Assembly: GCA_963666925.2 (NCBI GenBank)
Contig: CAXXTC010000002.1
Coordinates: 1 to 64,000 of the forward strand
Origin: Phycisphaerae bacterium
Lineage (GTDB): Bacteria > Planctomycetota > Phycisphaerae > UBA1845 > Fen-1342
DNA: 64,000 bases
Reading direction: 5' to 3'
Below are positions 39,101 to 49,167 of this stretch, piece by piece (within the stretch, counting starts at the first letter, position 1; each line of letters begins with the position of its first letter). The notes beneath the pieces were generated by a model. It saw only the letters and a list, made by a program, of their open reading frames with translations, did no database searches and was not told the DNA's origin. Both the position numbers and the translations under genes were made by a program.

Positions 39101-39435
39101 AAATCGACGTCATCGGTGCCAGCGCAGAAGTAGACCGTCAGGAAACATTCGCTGGGCAGGTCCAGATCGGGCAGTAACACCGGCGAGAGCGCGTCGCGGG
39201 TGGAGAGCATCCAGCCGCCGAGCGTGACATCGGTGCCACTGGCGTTATATAGCTCGACGCGCGTAGCCAACATGTTCTCGTCCAGCCGGCCCATTGACGC
39301 CGGCGCGTACACGACCTCATTCAGCACAACCTGGGCGGCCACGGGGGCCACCAGCAGGCCAAGCAGCACCACACCCGACACGGCAAGCCCAACGCGACGG
39401 ATCGACTCTGGGGCGGCAGATGAACTGGGGGACAT
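36082..39435 (-). CDS. Large secreted multidomain protein: lamin-tail domain, FN3-like, papain/C39-like protease domain, Ca-binding repeats, PKD-like, dockerin-like C-terminus
   Basis: VVLNEV..VELYN; YFWRVRA; NYCWAASIAM..GHCLV..NDPW; DSDNDG repeats; GDCNDD..DMDGDTDAD; GAGGAGAAGG upstream. Confidence 0.75.
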   Translation of the reverse strand: MSPSSSAAPESIRRVGLAVSGVVLLGLLVAPVAAQVVLNEVVYAPASMGRLDENMLATRVELYNASGTDVTLGGWMLSTRDALSPVLLPDLDLPSECFLTVYFCAGTDDVDFADGAGAYYYGSAALEFDQMQDECALYAGAPDASTMVDFVAWDTTGAYAPGSAHDYAAAAGIWTAGTFVDTQNLDDGDSLARYFDGFDHDIADDWRIVPLTLYVHHGAYTVENPIQLSPDNRAVFTAAPTLFEWTEVIGATGYDFQIATDYTFTDLVVDVTDLTDAEYELLGGLSNNVYFWRVRASFGADETPWAAEWMFVVNSDLVALEAKFCRSCPFKFQHKDTRLLCLWDDRQRGSLTGPPVRPGCPETGPCAWDIPHPDQSPDDSGCLHGRNYCWAASIAMVNGKYGGDLSQDRIAYENWHNQRPEPEGDLGHDRPNSDPQITTTLSWALNGAAISYQYVGAGNFTFAQMKQWIDERDCFVAAVPGHCLVPNFYFEFTTPTGTDVQIVYANDPWFGPYHPHVFSYVIAGSPTPYWRRHRENVFDAVWLQPTTGVTARMQEASVNTDSDNDGIMDFDEDIRALESSMNDPDTDKDEVPDKNDIRNYTFHDSYHRGHDNDDLWFSDFDFDGHRSENDCDSDNDGDFDGGEDINGNGRNPEAGETCMFMPFREVIGVHVDKDVYLVGEPVYIVDNDARLTRTYHAYSDYWYEYGGGCPTYSDGQALGHTGQFATNYLGGAYTTLVDFCPAVGEYHVTVDVLSDSLYSTPDNWDPDDCWVCKVGYRPVPDYPTPMTPIYSGCPSAPVRVATPGAYDPDGDITRWVWIINGDVWYDGDYPEIWFTFPPGYTNITVVFYDDDELSDSASDGFYVYGGMMFPVEIPMGEQINLHDATDQRYDTITVEEPASFEFVDDGYDAFSRVYPGDSDYWVGPVVDITMACYEPVSVYLWPFMSMYFTARYYVDPSVAEYGLPTVYAAVRDIDGNQAELGAVFEPDPELMPAEWTTVEVSLMSYINADEGFNPEFIKEVLFYGQGLYLEDGEPGLEWFDVLEVEIATGSYEIPGDCNDDYMIDAVDWQVVQGCMAGPGWEVSGECDCADMDGDTDADLRDMFEFQLEFGYIIPPKE

Positions 39436-39869
39436 GTCCTTCTCCTCGTGTTGTAGCTACAACGCCGACGACGTGAACCGAGCATGCGCAACCACAGCGC
39501 GGCCAAGCCGCCCCTGCGCGCTACCCGGCAAGACCAGAGGCATTATGGAGCCGATCCGAACCACCCCGTTCCGATCACACGACACCCGCTGGCGTCCGTG
39601 CGGCGGACTTGCTCGGCCCAACCCCGACCTCCACCTCGATTGTCCCGAGCCCCCGGCAGAGGGTCAAGGATAAACACCTGTAGGTAGCGAATGTAATCCT
39701 CAGGGTCCCAATCGGCCGGCATCTCACCAAGCCGGCCAACGTGTGGTACGATGCTACGTGGTCGTGTGGCCGACGGCGCTGCGATGCCGGCACGAATCGG
39801 CAACCGCGCCGCAAGCGGCACGCGATGCAATAATCGGCAATCCGCCGCGTAATACCTGGAAGCCACCCT

Positions 39870-39920
39870 GTGGCTCTGGTTTTCAGCCGGTGATTTCCAC
39901 CGGCTTGAAACCAGTGTCAC
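39870..39920. repeat. Inverted REP-like doublet (family E)
   Basis: gtggctctggttttcagccggtg-atttc-caccggcttgaaaccagtgtcac. Confidence 0.65.
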
Positions 39921-39979
39921 AATTCCGGGATGGTGCGGTAACCGATTGCGTACCGGGTAGTGGCGCATCGAGGAGCCAG

Positions 39980-40996
39980 ATGTTCGTTGTGATGGACCGC
40001 TCGTGTTCCCGCGAAGACGTCGAAGGCGTCCTCGGTACGCTGCCGGCGCTCGGGGCGCGGGGGCACATCAGCCCCGGCGGGCCCCCGTGGATTATCGAGG
40101 TGCTCGCAGGCGGGCCCGGTCTGGATCCGCACCGGCTGCGCGAGTTGACCGGCGTTGCTGAGGTAAGCGACGACCCGGCCATTGTTTACGCACAATCACA
40201 GGCGAAGAACGCCGACCCACAGACGATTCCCCTGGGCACGGCCGGCGCTGTGGGCGGACGCCGACTCGCCGTTATCGCCGGCCCATGCAGCGTTGAGGAC
40301 GAATCCCGCCTGCTGGAGACCGCTTCTGCGGTGACCGAGGCTGGTGCCGTCGCACTGCGCGGCGGCGCATTCAAGCCCCGCACCGCCCCCTACTCCTTCC
40401 AGGGACTCGGGCGCGACGGATTGGATATTCTCGGACGTGTGCGTGAGAAGACCGGCTTGGCGATTGTCACCGAGGTCATGTCCATCGAGCAGCTTCCGGA
40501 AGTCGCAGAGGTGGCCGACGTGCTCCAGGTCGGTTCACGCAACATGCACAACACGCCGCTGTTGCAGGCGGTCGGCCAACAACCCAAACCCATCCTGCTC
40601 AAACGCGGCTGGAGCGCCACGCTCTCCGAACTCCTGCTGGCGGCCGAATACATCCGCCGAGCGGGAAATCCACAGGTGATCCTGTGCGAGCGCGGCATTC
40701 GCACGTTCGAGGAATACGTCCGCAACACGCTCGCCCTGGCAGCGGTGCCCGAAGCGCAACGCCGCAGCGGTCTGCCGGTAATCGTCGACCCATCGCACGG
40801 CACGGGGCACGCCCACCTGGTCATCCCGATGTGCCGAGCAGCGCTGGCGTGCGGAGCCGACGGTTTGCTGATCGAGGTGCACCCCTACCCGGCGCGGGCC
40901 TGGAGCGACGGCGCACAATCGCTGGATCTGGATCAGTTCCGCGAATTGATGAACGGGCTGCGCAAGCTGGCAGCCGCCTGCGATCGTGAGCTGTAA
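39980..40996 (+). CDS. aroF: 3-deoxy-7-phosphoheptulonate (DAHP) synthase, class I-beta
   Basis: GAGGAG SD; IAGPCSVE, RGGAFKPRT.PYSFQG, KRG, CERGIRTFE, DPSH, EVH, SDG; N-terminal regulatory domain. Confidence 0.92.
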   Translation: MFVVMDRSCSREDVEGVLGTLPALGARGHISPGGPPWIIEVLAGGPGLDPHRLRELTGVAEVSDDPAIVYAQSQAKNADPQTIPLGTAGAVGGRRLAVIAGPCSVEDESRLLETASAVTEAGAVALRGGAFKPRTAPYSFQGLGRDGLDILGRVREKTGLAIVTEVMSIEQLPEVAEVADVLQVGSRNMHNTPLLQAVGQQPKPILLKRGWSATLSELLLAAEYIRRAGNPQVILCERGIRTFEEYVRNTLALAAVPEAQRRSGLPVIVDPSHGTGHAHLVIPMCRAALACGADGLLIEVHPYPARAWSDGAQSLDLDQFRELMNGLRKLAAACDREL

Positions 40997-41053
40997 CAAA
41001 ACGCGTTGATGAGCCGGGCCGGGCGACGTTCAAGCCCGGAACGTCCCGACGCG

Positions 41054-42283
41054 CTACCCCCCGCTGTTGGCCACGCCGAAGACGATCACGGTAGAGAGCA
41101 ACTCGCGGATCAGCGAAATAGCCCCGTACGTCGAACTGTCCGCGTAATACTGACCTTCCTCGGTCAGCTCGAGCGTGCCGGTCGGTAGGTCGACCAGCGT
41201 GATCTGCTCGATGAGCAGGTCCTCCAGAGGCAGATCGGCGAAATCGTTGAGCGTGTACGTCGTTACGGCCGCGATCTGCTCGACCACGTCCAGACCCGAA
41301 ACCACGGTGCCAAACACGGGACATCCCGGCGTGTCGCCGACGGCGTCGTACTGCGCGTTGTCCGCCAGGTTCACGAAAAACTCCGGCACCGCCACGTCCT
41401 CATCGTCGTCGCTCTGAAGCAGCGCTACCCTGCCGAGCTTGTTCGACAACCCGCCGACCGATTCATTGGTGATGACACCGCTGTCGCTCAGCGCCACCGG
41501 GCCCAGCGTATAGCCGCCACCCTGCACAATAAAGTTCGGCACGACGCGGTGAAACACCGTGTCGTCGTAGAAATCGGCGTCGACGTATTCGAGGAAGTTG
41601 TCGACAGTCAGCGGGGCCAGTTGCCCGTCGAGATCAACCGTGATATCGCCCAGCGAAGTGCTGATCAGCACGCGCATCTTGCCGTTCACCCGGCCGACGC
41701 GTTCTATCGACTCGATGATGACGTCCTCTTCGGGTACGTCGCTCAACCCGTTGCGGGTGGTGGTCGTGACCACGCTCATGGACTGGATCACGCTGAAACC
41801 CTGCACGATTTCGCCGAAGACGGTGTACCCGTCCGCCCCGGACGTCGCGTCGAGGCTGTCGTTGTCCACGACGTTGAAGTAAAACTGAGCAGTGGCCGAG
41901 TCCACGTCGGAGGTGCGTGCCATGCCGATCGTCCCGCTCAGGTTCAACAGGCCGTTGTCCGACTCGTTGACGATCGGGTCACCGGTTTCCTTCAACACCA
42001 AGCCGAGTTCGTAGCCGCCGGCCCGCACCAGGCTCGTGGGATCGACCTCGTGGAAGAGGGTGTTTTCGTAGTAGCCGCTGTCGACGAGCACGGCGAAGGC
42101 CGCCGTCGCCTCGGGGGCGTCGTCGGTCTCCAACCGAATCGTGAAGCTGCCCAGTGACGTGTCCACGACGGCGCCGGTGTCGATTCTTTCGGCCACGTAC
42201 GGACAGCCGGCGATCTGGAACACAACCAGCGTCAAAAGACTAACTCGCGACCACGCCACCAATACGGATCCTGGGTGCCTCAT
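41054..42283 (-). CDS. Lipoprotein with two cyclophilin-type PPIase domains
   Basis: Lipobox IAGC; TSLG...AP..FH.V..GG..NES..VFG occurs twice. Confidence 0.88.
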   Translation of the reverse strand: MRHPGSVLVAWSRVSLLTLVVFQIAGCPYVAERIDTGAVVDTSLGSFTIRLETDDAPEATAAFAVLVDSGYYENTLFHEVDPTSLVRAGGYELGLVLKETGDPIVNESDNGLLNLSGTIGMARTSDVDSATAQFYFNVVDNDSLDATSGADGYTVFGEIVQGFSVIQSMSVVTTTTRNGLSDVPEEDVIIESIERVGRVNGKMRVLISTSLGDITVDLDGQLAPLTVDNFLEYVDADFYDDTVFHRVVPNFIVQGGGYTLGPVALSDSGVITNESVGGLSNKLGRVALLQSDDDEDVAVPEFFVNLADNAQYDAVGDTPGCPVFGTVVSGLDVVEQIAAVTTYTLNDFADLPLEDLLIEQITLVDLPTGTLELTEEGQYYADSSTYGAISLIRELLSTVIVFGVANSGG

Positions 42284-42340
42284 ACCTGGGTCTCTCCGCA
42301 GATTAATCACAATCGAGCCACACCGACGCGGGCAGTCATC

Positions 42341-43573
42341 CTACGGCGTTATCGGTGCAACCACCGGCGGCAGCACGATGTCCGAAATGCCCGTACCCAG
42401 AGATTGCAGCATCGTCTGCCGGAAGGTGCTGTTGTTGTTGTCGTTACGCAGGATGCGAGCGCGGTAATCGGCCACCGGGTCATACATGGCGGTCACGCCA
42501 AACGGTCCGAACTTCAGGTTGGCCGCCAGCCACTCGCGGAAGCGCGTCTCGGGCGTATGCGGAACATCCAGCACGTCGCCCGCGGCCAGGGCCACATCCG
42601 GCCGCTCGCCATTCATGATCTTGTCAAGCTCGAGCTTCACGCGGACCTGATTACCGTTAGGAAGACGGCGCCACAGCGTCGCCTCCGGCGGGTCGAGGAA
42701 ATCGCGCAACCCACCACTGGCGGCCAGCGCGCGGACCAGCGAAACCTCGCCGCTGCGTGGCACGCTGACGACCCCGGGCGCGTTGACCAGCCCGATCACG
42801 TACACCACGTCCTGCGGTGCGGCCGCCACCATCACCACGTCACCCGACTCCAGCGGCGCCGCCGACAGCGCCCGCCGCACGTCGTTGATGTTGTTGAAAT
42901 CGAAAACCAGCGGCTCGCGATCAGCCCGGATCGGCCGCAAGCGCACCAGCCCGGAACTGTCCATCTGGAAACCGCCGGCCTGGCTGACCGCGTAGACCAC
43001 GTTTCGCTGATCGCCCGGCAGCTCGATCAGGCCGGGCTGAGTCACCGCCCCCTGCACCAGCACCGTGGTGCTCTCGGCGCCGGCCAGCCGAACGTAGACC
43101 GCCAGATCCTTGACGACATCAGCATGGGCCGTGACGATCGCCTGTTCGACGCCACCGAGCGTCAGCCCGGCAACTTCGATCTTCCCAACGATGGGGAACA
43201 CAATCGTGCCATCATCGTGCACGCGGAATTCGAGGTTCACCGGCTCATAGCGGTCCTCGCGCAGCCCGAGCAGCGTGATGGCCAGCACATCGCCGTCCAC
43301 CACTTGGTAAGGCTGCACATCCGCCAGCGCCAGTTCTTCGGGCTTCACCACGGCCGGGGGCTCCGCCGACGCGACGGCTTGCAGATCCTCCAGCTCGCTC
43401 ATGGTAATGCGCGTGTCTTTCTGACACCCGCCGGCCACTAGCAGAACCGCCACCGCAGGCAGGACCACCAGCATCCGACCGAGATACGCGCCGCGCCGTC
43501 GATGATCACGCTGTCGCGTCCCGTCGGACCACCTGTCCGCTGACCGCGACCATGTATTTGATGGGCTCATCAC
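42341..43573 (-). CDS. Polysaccharide export lipoprotein (Wza-like, SLBB domains)
   Basis: Lipobox AGGC; GDVL..V.DDGTI.FP.VG.I.VAGLT; V.V.G.V..PG repeats. Start may be 43473. Confidence 0.85.
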   Translation of the reverse strand: MMSPSNTWSRSADRWSDGTRQRDHRRRGAYLGRMLVVLPAVAVLLVAGGCQKDTRITMSELEDLQAVASAEPPAVVKPEELALADVQPYQVVDGDVLAITLLGLREDRYEPVNLEFRVHDDGTIVFPIVGKIEVAGLTLGGVEQAIVTAHADVVKDLAVYVRLAGAESTTVLVQGAVTQPGLIELPGDQRNVVYAVSQAGGFQMDSSGLVRLRPIRADREPLVFDFNNINDVRRALSAAPLESGDVVMVAAAPQDVVYVIGLVNAPGVVSVPRSGEVSLVRALAASGGLRDFLDPPEATLWRRLPNGNQVRVKLELDKIMNGERPDVALAAGDVLDVPHTPETRFREWLAANLKFGPFGVTAMYDPVADYRARILRNDNNNSTFRQTMLQSLGTGISDIVLPPVVAPITP

Positions 43574-43657
43574 TTTCGACCACCTTGCTAGTAATGGACA
43601 ACTGCCCGGCCCGACCGATCTGGCCGAAACCGAACTGACTGGCCCGATGCCGATGTT

Positions 43658-46600
43658 TCAATTCTGTTGCGCGGCCTCTTGCAAGGCCATTAATTCCTTA
43701 CGCTCAACATCATCGAACACTTCGGCTCCACCTCTTGACACAATGGCCCGTTCAGCGGCCAGGGCCGCCGACGCATTCTCCCGCGCCGCCCCCGTTGCCG
43801 CCAGCCGACCACAGGTCCGGGCCACGTTGAACAGTGCCCGGGCTTGCACGGCAGAATCTGCCGGCGTGAGCCGAACCACGCGCTCGAAGGCTGCCCGCGC
43901 CTCCCCCAGCAGTTCCATCCGCGACAGAACGGTGCCCAATGTGTCGTGGTAGTTGGGATCCTGGGGCCGCTGGGCAACCGCCTGCTGGGCATACTCGCGG
44001 GCCCGCTGCAAATCTGCCGGCGACGCGCCTGTCGCCTGGGCGAGCAGCCAGGCCAGATTATTCAACGCTTCGGGGAATCCCGGCGTAGCCTGGAGCGCTC
44101 GCCGGTAGGCCGCCGCCGCCGCCGCCAGGTCACCCAACGCATATTGCAGGTTACCGACCGCAACCAGCGTGTCGCTGTCAGATCGGATTGCCTGGACTTG
44201 TCCGCACAGCCTCAAGACCAACTCGCGCTGCTCCGGCACGCGTGCCAACAATTGCGCCGCGGTGAGCAGCAGCGTGCCGGTCGTCTGCTCCGATCCACTC
44301 TGCGCCTCGGCCCAGGCTACCAGCTCAGTGTACTGTCCGCACGCCGCCCACAGCCGCAAACGCGCCTCGATCACCGCGGGATCATCGGGCGCTGCCACCC
44401 GAGCCGCTTCCATGTGCCGCTCCGCCTCATCCAGATGACCCAGGTCGTTCTGAATGCGCGCCAGCGCCAACAATGCCGTCACCTGCGCTCCCCCGGACGC
44501 GTTTGCGCTGAACTGCTCCAGGCCGGCCACCGCCTCGTCCGCACGTCCCAGTGCAAGCAACGTTTCGGCCCGCACCATTTGCAGCTCTACGGCGTCCGCG
44601 TGCTCCGCCAGCCACCCTTCAATTCGACCCAGCGCGTCTTCGAGCACCAATTGACTATCCAGGCGCCGCCCGACAGCCACCAGCGTTTGCAGCGCTGCCA
44701 GGTTGCCGGGATCGTCGTCGAGCACTTCCCCGGCCAGCTCGGACGCCCGGTTCAGGCTACCCAGCAGCAGCTCGAGGCGTGCCTGTCGGGCGCGCAGGCT
44801 GGGCACTGGGCCATGCACGTCCAGGCCGCGCAACACCAGCGCCCGGGCCGTCTCAGCATCCGATAACCGTAGCGCCAAATCGCTCAGCCCGATCAGCGCC
44901 TCCGGTCCGCCGGAGGGAATCGCCGTCAACGCCTGTCCGAGATAGCCCCTGATGTCGGCCTGACGTCCCCAGAGATCCAGCGCCGCCAGGTTCTCCGCCG
45001 CCAGCCACAACCATTCGACGTTCTCCTCGGGCACCAGCTCGCGCAGTTCATCCAGCAGTTCCCCCATGCGCTCCAAATCGCCCGGCTGGCGTCGCAGCAG
45101 CAGCGCCTTGCACAGCCCGCGCCGCAGCACCACCGAATCAGGTTCCGCGTCCAGCCCCTGCTCCCAAGCGGCAATCGCCTGGTCGAGCTCGCCGCGCTGG
45201 GCGTAAAACTCGCCCAGCATGGCCGCCCCCAACTGGTCCGGAGCGAGCTGCGCGATGCGCTGATAGTCGGCCTCCGCTCGATCGGGCTGGCCGTGGGACA
45301 TCCAGAACGCGGCCCGTAGCGCCAACGTCTCGCGCGATTCGTCCGCCGTCACCAACTCGTCCAGCAGTCGGCCGGCTTCGTCCACTCGATCTTCCGCGGC
45401 CAGAATCCCGACGCGTATCCGCGCGACGTCGGCCGGCGCTGCACCTCGCTCGGCAGCCTGATCCAGATACGCGAGCGCCTGCTCAGCGGCGCCATCACGC
45501 GAGTACACCAGCGTCGCCAGCCGCAGGAGGTCCGTCGGGTCAGCCTGATCGCGTGAGGCCCGCAGCTTCAACTCGGTTATCGCCTCGTCCTGGGCCCCGC
45601 TCCCCAGCGCCAGCATCAGTCGGCGCGCGTCGGCCACACCGCGGCCCAACTCCAACTGGAACCGATCCAGCAGATCGCGGGCTTCTTCGAAACGCTGCTG
45701 GCGCTGCAATAGAGCGAGCAGCCGCTCGATAACGTCGGCGGCTCGGTCCACCTGCAACCCCGCCGAGTAGGTCCGCTCCGCATCCTCGAAACGCCCCTGC
45801 CGCTCGTAGACCTCACCCAACAGCAAAATCGAATCCGCCTGGGTCGGGTCAGCCTCGATGCAGTAGCGCAGCAACCGCTCCAGCTCGGGCACGCGCTGCG
45901 ACCAGCCGGGGCCATACAGCCATACGCGAGCCTGACCCAGGCGCCAGGTCAGCCCGGTTTCGCCCTCGACCTCGCGGATCTCGTCAACCAACCGCTGGGC
46001 CGCCTCCTGATCATCCAGAACTTCCGGCGACTGTAGCAACAGCGTCCGGATGGAAATATCATCAGGATGCGCCGCGGCCAATTCCAGCAGCCGGGCCACG
46101 CCCTGCTCGCGCTCGCCTTCAAAAAACTCGACCGCAGCCAGCCGCACGTCGATCTGGAGCTGATCCTGCTCGCTCGCGACGGCCGACCGCCCGGCCTCGA
46201 GCGTCGCGCGCGCCGCCGCAAAATCACGCCCGGCGATTTGCCGCCCGGCCAGCATCAACCACGGCTGGGCCACGTCGCCGACCGCCTCGCAGGCCGACCG
46301 CAATGTCTCAAGCGCCTCGTCCGGGCGTCCCTGCGACGTGTACATGCCGACCAGCGCCAGGTAGGCGCCCAGAGGGTCTTCCGTCGCGGACAGGGCCGAC
46401 CGCAGCTCCGCCTCCGCCCCGGCCGCCTCGCCACTGCCTTCCAGCGCCAGCGCCAACACCACACGCACGTCAGCACGCTCTGGATGAGCGTTGCGCAGTT
46501 CACGCAGCTCGGCCACCAACGGCGCCAGCACGCGTTCCTCTCCCCGCTCTTCCAGCGCCTGACCCACTCGCACGCTGTAGCGTAACACCACCGGCTCCAG

Positions 46601-48088
46601 GCCGTCTGCCAGCTCGTCCGCGTCGACCTGGTCAAGCAGGGCCAGCGCCCGCGTCCACTGCCCCCGCCGGGCGGCACTACGCGCCAGTTGCAGCGCGCTG
46701 TCGGCCGGCAGTTGCACACCGCCCGCAACCTCCTCGGCAATCCGGGCCAAGCGACCGGTTTGTCCGGTCCGGGCGTACGCATCAACGAGCATCCCCATGA
46801 TCACCGAGCCGGTGTGCCCACGCTCGACCAGGGGCTCCAATTGTGCAATGACTTCGTAGGGGTCGCCCTCCGCGTTAGCCACCAGGGCCCGCAACGCCGC
46901 CACCGTCGTGCTCTCTGCCAGCACCACCCCGCTGTCTTCCAGCATCTCCACGTAGGTATCCAGACTCGCGCGCGCCTGGTCGACCCGCCCCCCGAGCACA
47001 AACAAACGTACGGCCGTCGGGAGCAGGGCGCCGTACTGGCGCCGGCCTTTCAATTCCGGCAACGTGGCTTCCGCCGCCTGCACGCCGCGCTCCCCCCAAC
47101 CGGCCTTGAGACACAGGTTGGCCTCGGCCATGAAACAGCTCGCCACCCAATCCAGCTGGTCGACGTACTGCTCACGTGTGGCTGCGCGGGGCAACGTGCG
47201 GGCGTGCGCCAACACCTCCCCGGCCCGATCATACTCACCCAACTCCGCCAGTTCCCGGGTCACTGCCAGCAACGACTGCGGATCATCGCCCGCTTGTTCG
47301 GCCGCCCGATCCGCCGCCTCCCGCGCCTGCGCGAACATATTCGCCGATTCCGGCCCACCCTCGGCCGCGATGCTGCGCAGAACGGCCGCACGAAACGCGT
47401 CAACCAGAGCGGAATCAGTCGACCTGCCGGCCGCCTCATCCAAAATCGATAACGCTTTTTGACGCGCGTCATTCGCGCCCTGGTGGAGTATCACCTCCGC
47501 CAATTGCAAGCTCGCCTCGACATACTCCGCAGCACGTTGCGGGTCGTCGCGGATAGTGTCAAGCAGGCCTTCAAGCTCGGTGCGCGCCGGGGCAATCTGC
47601 TGGCGCGACAACAACTCCTGGCACTTCGCAATGATCGCCCCCGGATCACCCGGAACCGCTTCCAGGCGTATCCCCGCCACATAACCCAACTCGGCATAAT
47701 CACGCATCGACCGATACAGCAACACCAGTCGCTCGAACGCGGCCCTGTCAGACGGATCCTGGCGAAACACCTCCCGATAGGCAGAAATCGCCTGTGAAAT
47801 CCGCGTCGTCAGCAGCGGCTCGCTCGACAGTTGCGCTTCGGCATACTTGCGCAACACATCCGCATCCTGGCGATGCTGCGAGAGATAGTGTCCCAGCTTG
47901 ACCCGCGCCGTATCCCAATCCCCCTCCGCATATGCAGCCAGACCAGCCGCTAACGCCTGCTCCACCATCGCCCGCTTGCGCCAGCGGTGGGTGAAATACC
48001 CCCCCACAACCAACAGGATCACCGCCAGAGCGATGATAATAAAAACGCCAATGCGGGTTGCACCAGACCTCGTCGGCCTTCCAGCCAT
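43658..48088 (-). CDS. Large membrane-anchored TPR protein (EPS/PEP-CTERM locus)
   Basis: N-terminal TM; many TPR-like helices; ALNNLAWLLA and YHDTLG. Confidence 0.88.
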   Translation of the reverse strand: MAGRPTRSGATRIGVFIIIALAVILLVVGGYFTHRWRKRAMVEQALAAGLAAYAEGDWDTARVKLGHYLSQHRQDADVLRKYAEAQLSSEPLLTTRISQAISAYREVFRQDPSDRAAFERLVLLYRSMRDYAELGYVAGIRLEAVPGDPGAIIAKCQELLSRQQIAPARTELEGLLDTIRDDPQRAAEYVEASLQLAEVILHQGANDARQKALSILDEAAGRSTDSALVDAFRAAVLRSIAAEGGPESANMFAQAREAADRAAEQAGDDPQSLLAVTRELAELGEYDRAGEVLAHARTLPRAATREQYVDQLDWVASCFMAEANLCLKAGWGERGVQAAEATLPELKGRRQYGALLPTAVRLFVLGGRVDQARASLDTYVEMLEDSGVVLAESTTVAALRALVANAEGDPYEVIAQLEPLVERGHTGSVIMGMLVDAYARTGQTGRLARIAEEVAGGVQLPADSALQLARSAARRGQWTRALALLDQVDADELADGLEPVVLRYSVRVGQALEERGEERVLAPLVAELRELRNAHPERADVRVVLALALEGSGEAAGAEAELRSALSATEDPLGAYLALVGMYTSQGRPDEALETLRSACEAVGDVAQPWLMLAGRQIAGRDFAAARATLEAGRSAVASEQDQLQIDVRLAAVEFFEGEREQGVARLLELAAAHPDDISIRTLLLQSPEVLDDQEAAQRLVDEIREVEGETGLTWRLGQARVWLYGPGWSQRVPELERLLRYCIEADPTQADSILLLGEVYERQGRFEDAERTYSAGLQVDRAADVIERLLALLQRQQRFEEARDLLDRFQLELGRGVADARRLMLALGSGAQDEAITELKLRASRDQADPTDLLRLATLVYSRDGAAEQALAYLDQAAERGAAPADVARIRVGILAAEDRVDEAGRLLDELVTADESRETLALRAAFWMSHGQPDRAEADYQRIAQLAPDQLGAAMLGEFYAQRGELDQAIAAWEQGLDAEPDSVVLRRGLCKALLLRRQPGDLERMGELLDELRELVPEENVEWLWLAAENLAALDLWGRQADIRGYLGQALTAIPSGGPEALIGLSDLALRLSDAETARALVLRGLDVHGPVPSLRARQARLELLLGSLNRASELAGEVLDDDPGNLAALQTLVAVGRRLDSQLVLEDALGRIEGWLAEHADAVELQMVRAETLLALGRADEAVAGLEQFSANASGGAQVTALLALARIQNDLGHLDEAERHMEAARVAAPDDPAVIEARLRLWAACGQYTELVAWAEAQSGSEQTTGTLLLTAAQLLARVPEQRELVLRLCGQVQAIRSDSDTLVAVGNLQYALGDLAAAAAAYRRALQATPGFPEALNNLAWLLAQATGASPADLQRAREYAQQAVAQRPQDPNYHDTLGTVLSRMELLGEARAAFERVVRLTPADSAVQARALFNVARTCGRLAATGAARENASAALAAERAIVSRGGAEVFDDVERKELMALQEAAQQN

Positions 48089-48496
48089 TCCGTACCCCTT
48101 GAATCGGCCCGCTCATCAAATCGAATCTGCTGGGCCGTCGCCATGCCAGCACACCGATCGGTTCGCCGGAATACGATCCATTCCTGCAACGACCGGACAG
48201 GCACCCGGCAAGAAACCTCGCCAGACAACGATCCCTAACACCCGCCAGCGCCGGAGCCGCTCTTACGGCGACTTCGGTACTGAACTGAGAGTGAGGCTCG
48301 TAATCTACCTCATCCCGCCGGCGCCAACCACTGGCGATACTACCCAAAGCTCCTATCGGAACCCCCACTACGTTCGGCTCGGAGTTCCCCCGCCCCAGCA
48401 TGAGAACGGGCCCCGCGACTCGCCTGGAGCCGCGGGGCCCGGAAGATCCACTCGCAATGGTCGACACCTGTACAGGTGTCGGTGGGATCAGTCAGA

Positions 48497-49162
48497 CTAG
48501 GCCAGGTGACGCTTCATCCGCGCGACCAGACCGAGGCCCACGACGCCCAGCAACACCGCGCCCGGAACGGGCACGAGCACGAGCTGGTCCTGGCCACCTT
48601 CACCGTTCGAGTTGCGCGTCAGGTTGGCAACGCGAACGTTTCCGAATCCGTCCCAGCCGGCAACGTCGAATTCGAGGATGCCGTCCTGCCACCAGCCGTT
48701 GCTCGCAGCCAGGTTGCGGGCGTTGTTCAACTGGCCCGCCTTGCTCGGGAAGTGGTTCACCAGTTGGCTGTGCGAATAGCCCATCGAACGCCAGATGGAA
48801 TACTGGAGGGCATCGTTCACAGCATTGGTGTCGGCGTAGCCGGAGAGCGCGCCGTTGCGGAAGTTGGTGTACAACCAGGCCGTCCGCTCGGACATGGTGT
48901 AGTCACTGCTGACCGTCGTTACGCCAATGCCCGTCACCGTGTAAGGCACGTTGGGCACGTAGATCAGCTCGCCGATCTCGACGCAGAACGTCTGGAAACT
49001 GTTTCCCTGTGTGTTGTTTTGCAGCGTGATCGGACCGGCCAGGAGGGACAGGTCGTAGCCACCATTCGGAACGTAAACGACGTCACCAACGTCAGCGTCG
49101 ATACCGGCCATGGCCGTCGAGGCCAACAGGGTCATAGCAGCGATAAGTGCGAATTTCTTCAT
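48497..49162 (-). CDS. PEP-CTERM-variant (VPVPGA) surface protein with thioester-like domain
   Basis: GAGGAG SD; signal peptide; TFCVE, ALQYSIW, GQDQL; tail VPVPGAVLLGVVGLGLVARMKR. Confidence 0.85.
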   Translation of the reverse strand: MKKFALIAAMTLLASTAMAGIDADVGDVVYVPNGGYDLSLLAGPITLQNNTQGNSFQTFCVEIGELIYVPNVPYTVTGIGVTTVSSDYTMSERTAWLYTNFRNGALSGYADTNAVNDALQYSIWRSMGYSHSQLVNHFPSKAGQLNNARNLAASNGWWQDGILEFDVAGWDGFGNVRVANLTRNSNGEGGQDQLVLVPVPGAVLLGVVGLGLVARMKRHLA

Positions 49163-49167
49163 GATTC

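Noticed and set aside
47748..48500. A third arrest leader upstream of the TPR gene (ORF 47748-48467 contains GPRGS)
   Set aside because: No RxPP, no signal or TM, no WYHTGGP motif, and the ORF overlaps the TPR gene out of frame.
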